From a virus (taxonomy: Duplodnaviria > Heunggongvirae > Uroviricota > Caudoviricetes): a stretch of DNA of 56,203 nucleotides. Position numbers and translations under genes: made by a program. Positions 52,597 through 56,203 of the stretch are shown here, in pieces. The stretch's first letter is position 1. Each line of letters opens with the position of its first letter. Below the pieces are notes generated by a model. It saw only the letters and a list, made by a program, of their open reading frames with translations. It was not told the origin of the DNA and did no database searches. Location: IMG/VR virus record IMGVR_UViG_3300034106_001169; one strand, given 5' to 3'.

Positions 52597-53531
52597 AACC
52601 AGTCTGTTTAAACTTGGAAGAATGTAATGGATTAGGGGACCTGATATGTGCCACCCCCACCATCAAAAAACTACATGATGCATATCAAAGAAAGATTACT
52701 GTCATCTCTAAGATGCCTGAGCTATTTAAAATGAATCCCTATGTAGAGAAGAGCTATAAAGCTAGCTCTATTGATAAAGATTATTTTAATAAGAACTACA
52801 TCATGCACAACTCTTTCTATCTAGTAGGTAAGAAAGATGAGCGTGGTATAGAGATGAAGCATAACATGATGGACATCAGACAGTTCCATGCTATACATCT
52901 AGGCTTTATGCTTGGACAAGATGAGATGGAATGTTATTATAAACCTATAGAGCCTAAGAAGAATTTTATTCATGAGAAGTATATAGTTATACATCCTGTT
53001 AACAGCTGGCCTAATAGAACATGGTCCCAAGATAATTGGGTAAAATTAATTACATCTTTAACAGATATGGGATATACAGTTGTAGCTATAGGTAAAGATA
53101 GCAGTGAGACAGGGTTCTTTAATGTACAGAAACCTGTACATGATTTAGAAGGATCTAAAGTAATTAACTTAATGAACCAAACATCTATATCTGAGACATG
53201 GCATTTAATAAATGATGCTAAAGCTGTCATCACTATGGATTCTGGTATACTACATTTAGCAGGTACAACACAAACATATATCATTGAATTAGGATCTCCT
53301 ATCAATCCTGAATTTAGAACACCTTATAGAGTGGGAGTACAAGGATTTAAACACTATTATATTGGAGGAAGCTGTAACTTATTTTGTTCTTCCAATATGA
53401 AATATGCTCTTGAGTATTGGCCAACTATAGATTATGTACAGCCACTGATTGGATGTTTAGAGAATAAAGAAACATTTGAATGTCACCCTACAGTGGATAA
53501 AGTAATAGAATGTATAAAAGTAAAGATATGA
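52593..53531 (+). CDS. GT9-family glycosyltransferase (heptosyltransferase-like)
   Basis: GLGDLICATP, LFKMNPYV, YIVIHP, RTWSQDNW, VITMDSGILHLA; Cys-rich C-terminus. Confidence 0.88.
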   Translation: MKPVCLNLEECNGLGDLICATPTIKKLHDAYQRKITVISKMPELFKMNPYVEKSYKASSIDKDYFNKNYIMHNSFYLVGKKDERGIEMKHNMMDIRQFHAIHLGFMLGQDEMECYYKPIEPKKNFIHEKYIVIHPVNSWPNRTWSQDNWVKLITSLTDMGYTVVAIGKDSSETGFFNVQKPVHDLEGSKVINLMNQTSISETWHLINDAKAVITMDSGILHLAGTTQTYIIELGSPINPEFRTPYRVGVQGFKHYYIGGSCNLFCSSNMKYALEYWPTIDYVQPLIGCLENKETFECHPTVDKVIECIKVKI

Positions 53532-56191
53532 AAAAACTATTAATAATCACTCCTCATCTATCAACAGGAGGAGCCCCCCAGGTAACAGTAAATAAAGTGG
53601 AGTTACTAAAAGATCACTTTGAAGTTAAGGTGGTAGAATATTCATTCCTAGCATGGTCATTTGTTGTACAACGCAACAAGATAATTGACATGCTTACAGA
53701 GGGAGTTAACTTCCATTCTCTAGGAGAAGATAAGTTCTCTGAGCTAGTGCATATTATGTGCAGCTTCAGTCCAGATGTGGTGGTAATGGAAGAGTTCCCA
53801 GAGATGTTTATGGATGACAAGCTTACAGCATTCATCTATTCGAACACTAGAACCTGGAAGATATCTGAGACTACACACGATAGCTCATTTAATCCTAAGC
53901 ATAAGAAATGGATGCCTGATAGCTTTGTATTTGTAAGCTCTTATAACATATTTAAATATGTACATTTAGACATACCTATGGATGTAATTGAATATCCTAT
54001 AGATAAGAAGTCTAGAAACAAGGTGGAAAGACAAAAGCAATTTGGATTAGATCCTTCTTATAAACACTTTGTAACTGTAGGACTATTTACACCACGTAAG
54101 AATCAAGCCTATGCATTTGAACTAGGTAGGTATCTTAAGAACCACAAGGTTAAGTTTCACTTCCTAGGTAACCAAGCAGGTAACTTTGAAGATTATTGGA
54201 AGCCATTGATGGCTGATAAACCAGATAACTGTGTTGTGTGGGGAGAGCGTAATGATGTAAATGAATTCCTAGAAGCATGTGATGTATTCTTCTTCCCATC
54301 TAAGGGAGACAGAGGTAACAAAGAGCTTAACCCAATAGCTATTAAAGAGGCTATGCAATATGATGACTTAGTCAAAGCAATGTACAATCTAGATGTATAT
54401 TGTAACAAGTATAATGGTGAAGAGAACATGGTTTATTTAACTGGAGATATTGGTAGTGATGCTACTAGTATTGTGAAAAAACTAAACCTAGATGTATTAG
54501 ACGAGGAGTGTATCATCTTGGGCACCTATCCTAATATCAAGGACAGAGTACAGTGGACCAAGGATACTATCAACAGTCTTAAGCCATTAGGTAGAAAGAT
54601 CATCCTGTTGTCTCACTATCCTGTAGACCAAGACATACAACGTATGGTTGACTACTACATATACGATGCACATAATCCCCTAACTCACCATAGCTATTAC
54701 ACTAGGTTCTATAATGAAAGAGCAGACTACTATGCTGAGATTAACATTAATGGTTTGAAGGATAGTAATCAATCATTGACTGTATTAACTAATATATTCA
54801 ATGGTGCCAAGGCTGCTAAAGAGCTTGGATTCAAGAGGTTCTTCTACACTACATATGATGTTATATTAAATGAGAAGGATATCCCTGCAGTGAATGATGC
54901 GTTCAAGACAGATAAGAAAATTTGTGCTGCCACTCTACCCACTCCACAGGGTAAGGGAATTCAGACTAATGGTATTATGTTTGACACAGACTTCTTCTTA
55001 AAAGAGTTTGATGATGTACGTACACCAGAGCAGTGGAATGAAACATGTAAGCGTAGAAAATGTGAGAACTATCTAGAAGACTATCTATCTAAGGTGATAT
55101 TTAGTTTCAATCAAAATGATATACAATTAGTTACTAATGATAAGGATACTCTATTGATACACAGTGGATTAGGTGTAGCATCTAACAGTGAATACTATTC
55201 TATTATTCCTGTAGAAGGAAAGGCAAACTTTTACATGTTCTATTTCTTTACATACAACAGAGACAATAGAAAGATATATGTAGCCATTGGAGAAGATGTG
55301 TCTAAAAGGATTGTCCCTTCAAACATACATGAGTGGTCTTATGAGTTTGAATTCAAAGGAGAACCTATACTTGTAAGAATGGATTTCTATGATGGAGATG
55401 ATTGCTACAAGGTAGAAGAATTCAAATTAAACAAAGACACCTTACATAAATATACTAACACAGGTAAGTTTAAATGGAAGAAGAAAGATAGACCAAAGAT
55501 TAAATTAGTTCACATACAAACTACATTAAATGATGAAAGAGAACAAGCAAGCAGAGCTTCCCTTGAACAAGTCAAAGACTATGGATGGGAATATATCCTA
55601 CACACTAACGAGCCCTATAAGTCATTACCACCATCATATAACTGCATTAGACCCAGTTGTGTTTCAATGGAACTCTTCAGCGAAGAGCAAGTTCGACAGT
55701 ATGGCACTGCACTTACCCCAGCACATTATGGATGCTATGAAGCATTCAAGAATGCCATCTTAAGTGAGTTTCATGATTGTGACTTCTTAATGGTGTGTGA
55801 GGGAGACTGTATCATTGAAACAGACATACACTTTTTCATACGAAAAGTTGAGGAATGTGTACACTTAATGGGACCAAATGGTATCAACTATATGTCCTTT
55901 GGAGATAAGGATACATTAGAATATGGCTGGCCTCAGAGTCCTATGATTAAAGATATCAATGAAGACATGTATGTTACAGATCACATCATAGGTTTACAAT
56001 CTATTATGTTCCCTATATCTGTAGCAGATTATTTAAAAAATACTTTAAGAAAACACAAGTGGGATGCTGCTGATATGTATTTTAATAATATCTTTGCAGG
56101 GCCACAAATGGGTATAGTTAAGAAGAGATTTACCACCCAAGCAGATGGGTTTTCTTTAATAGACAATATGCAAAAAACATTTAGAAAATGA
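53528..56191 (+). CDS. Multidomain glycosyltransferase (N-terminal GT4/GT-B, central GT-A-like, C-terminal GT25-like)
   Basis: IITPHLSTGGAPQ, VGLFTPRKNQ, CDVFFFPS, ELNPIAIKEA; central LLSHYP...YYIYD...TTYDV; C-terminal LTPAHYGCYEAFKNAI, VCEGDC, WDAADMY. Start MKKLLI at 53528. Confidence 0.8.
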   Translation: MKKLLIITPHLSTGGAPQVTVNKVELLKDHFEVKVVEYSFLAWSFVVQRNKIIDMLTEGVNFHSLGEDKFSELVHIMCSFSPDVVVMEEFPEMFMDDKLTAFIYSNTRTWKISETTHDSSFNPKHKKWMPDSFVFVSSYNIFKYVHLDIPMDVIEYPIDKKSRNKVERQKQFGLDPSYKHFVTVGLFTPRKNQAYAFELGRYLKNHKVKFHFLGNQAGNFEDYWKPLMADKPDNCVVWGERNDVNEFLEACDVFFFPSKGDRGNKELNPIAIKEAMQYDDLVKAMYNLDVYCNKYNGEENMVYLTGDIGSDATSIVKKLNLDVLDEECIILGTYPNIKDRVQWTKDTINSLKPLGRKIILLSHYPVDQDIQRMVDYYIYDAHNPLTHHSYYTRFYNERADYYAEININGLKDSNQSLTVLTNIFNGAKAAKELGFKRFFYTTYDVILNEKDIPAVNDAFKTDKKICAATLPTPQGKGIQTNGIMFDTDFFLKEFDDVRTPEQWNETCKRRKCENYLEDYLSKVIFSFNQNDIQLVTNDKDTLLIHSGLGVASNSEYYSIIPVEGKANFYMFYFFTYNRDNRKIYVAIGEDVSKRIVPSNIHEWSYEFEFKGEPILVRMDFYDGDDCYKVEEFKLNKDTLHKYTNTGKFKWKKKDRPKIKLVHIQTTLNDEREQASRASLEQVKDYGWEYILHTNEPYKSLPPSYNCIRPSCVSMELFSEEQVRQYGTALTPAHYGCYEAFKNAILSEFHDCDFLMVCEGDCIIETDIHFFIRKVEECVHLMGPNGINYMSFGDKDTLEYGWPQSPMIKDINEDMYVTDHIIGLQSIMFPISVADYLKNTLRKHKWDAADMYFNNIFAGPQMGIVKKRFTTQADGFSLIDNMQKTFRK

Positions 56192-56203
56192 GAATAGTAC
56201 ACG

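Noticed and set aside
24488-53527. N-terminal extensions in the ORF track (24488, 33188, 35049, 35350, 50667, 51477, 53510, 40984, 42436, 50007, 50259)
   Set aside because: They overlap upstream genes, terminators or promoters; homology motifs and A-rich leaders point to downstream ATGs.
448-55763. Numerous short ORF-track entries antisense to or nested in larger genes (e.g. 448, 1731, 1940, 2756, 6957, 15025, 26381, 37375, 43403, 45409, 52970)
   Set aside because: Shadow frames of well-supported genes, with no recognisable motifs or initiation context.
1-56203. Stop-codon reassignment (TAG to Gln or TGA to Trp), known in some crAss-like phages
   Set aside because: All large conserved genes (portal, TerL, PolB, rIIA, RNR, 888-aa GT) are full length in the standard code and genes tile densely; TGA stops are used in ATGA couplings.
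1-56203. Prophage context or host chromosomal genes (recA, cysC, GTs, ferredoxin)
   Set aside because: These genes are embedded in phage-like operons with uniform AT-rich composition and tight overlaps; no integrase, att-like junction or housekeeping synteny is visible.

Overview
This window is about 56 kb of a lytic tailed-phage genome. It most resembles an environmental crAss-like phage (order Crassvirales) with a Bacteroidota host. The assignment rests on motif recognition and gene order; no database search was run. There are four transcriptional blocks. (1) 1-9.8 kb, minus strand: head and packaging module (HU/IHF-like and wHTH genes, terminase large subunit, portal, an inserted SPFH gene, an acidic scaffold-like protein, and the major capsid protein running off the left edge). 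(2) 10.2-39.6 kb, plus strand: small early genes, then replication, recombination and nucleotide metabolism (family B polymerase, DnaB-like and SF2 helicases, AAA ATPase, ferredoxin, putative SSB, primase, divergent UDG, rIIA/rIIB, HNH, PD-(D/E)XK nuclease, class II RNR, RecA, dUTPase, GroES, GT2, methyltransferase). (3) 39.6-50.7 kb, minus strand: Lys-rich small proteins sharing a KxKxGG motif, Thr/Ser-rich mucin- and collagen-like proteins flanking a GT95/GT96-like glycosyltransferase, and a lysis cassette (GH19 endolysin, holin/spanin candidates) containing a PAS-domain membrane protein. (4) 50.7-56.2 kb, plus strand: APS kinase-like, HxGH nucleotidyltransferase, two 2OG-Fe(II) oxygenases, GT9 and a three-domain glycosyltransferase. 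Several TTTG-N19-21-TAnnTTTG promoters and A/C-rich, SD-less translation starts support a Bacteroidota host. The genetic code appears standard, and no tRNA, CRISPR array, integrase, intron or intein was seen. The leading hypotheses are a phage-encoded protein O-glycosylation (and possibly sulfation) system for its own virion proteins, and a sensory PAS protein embedded in the lysis module.
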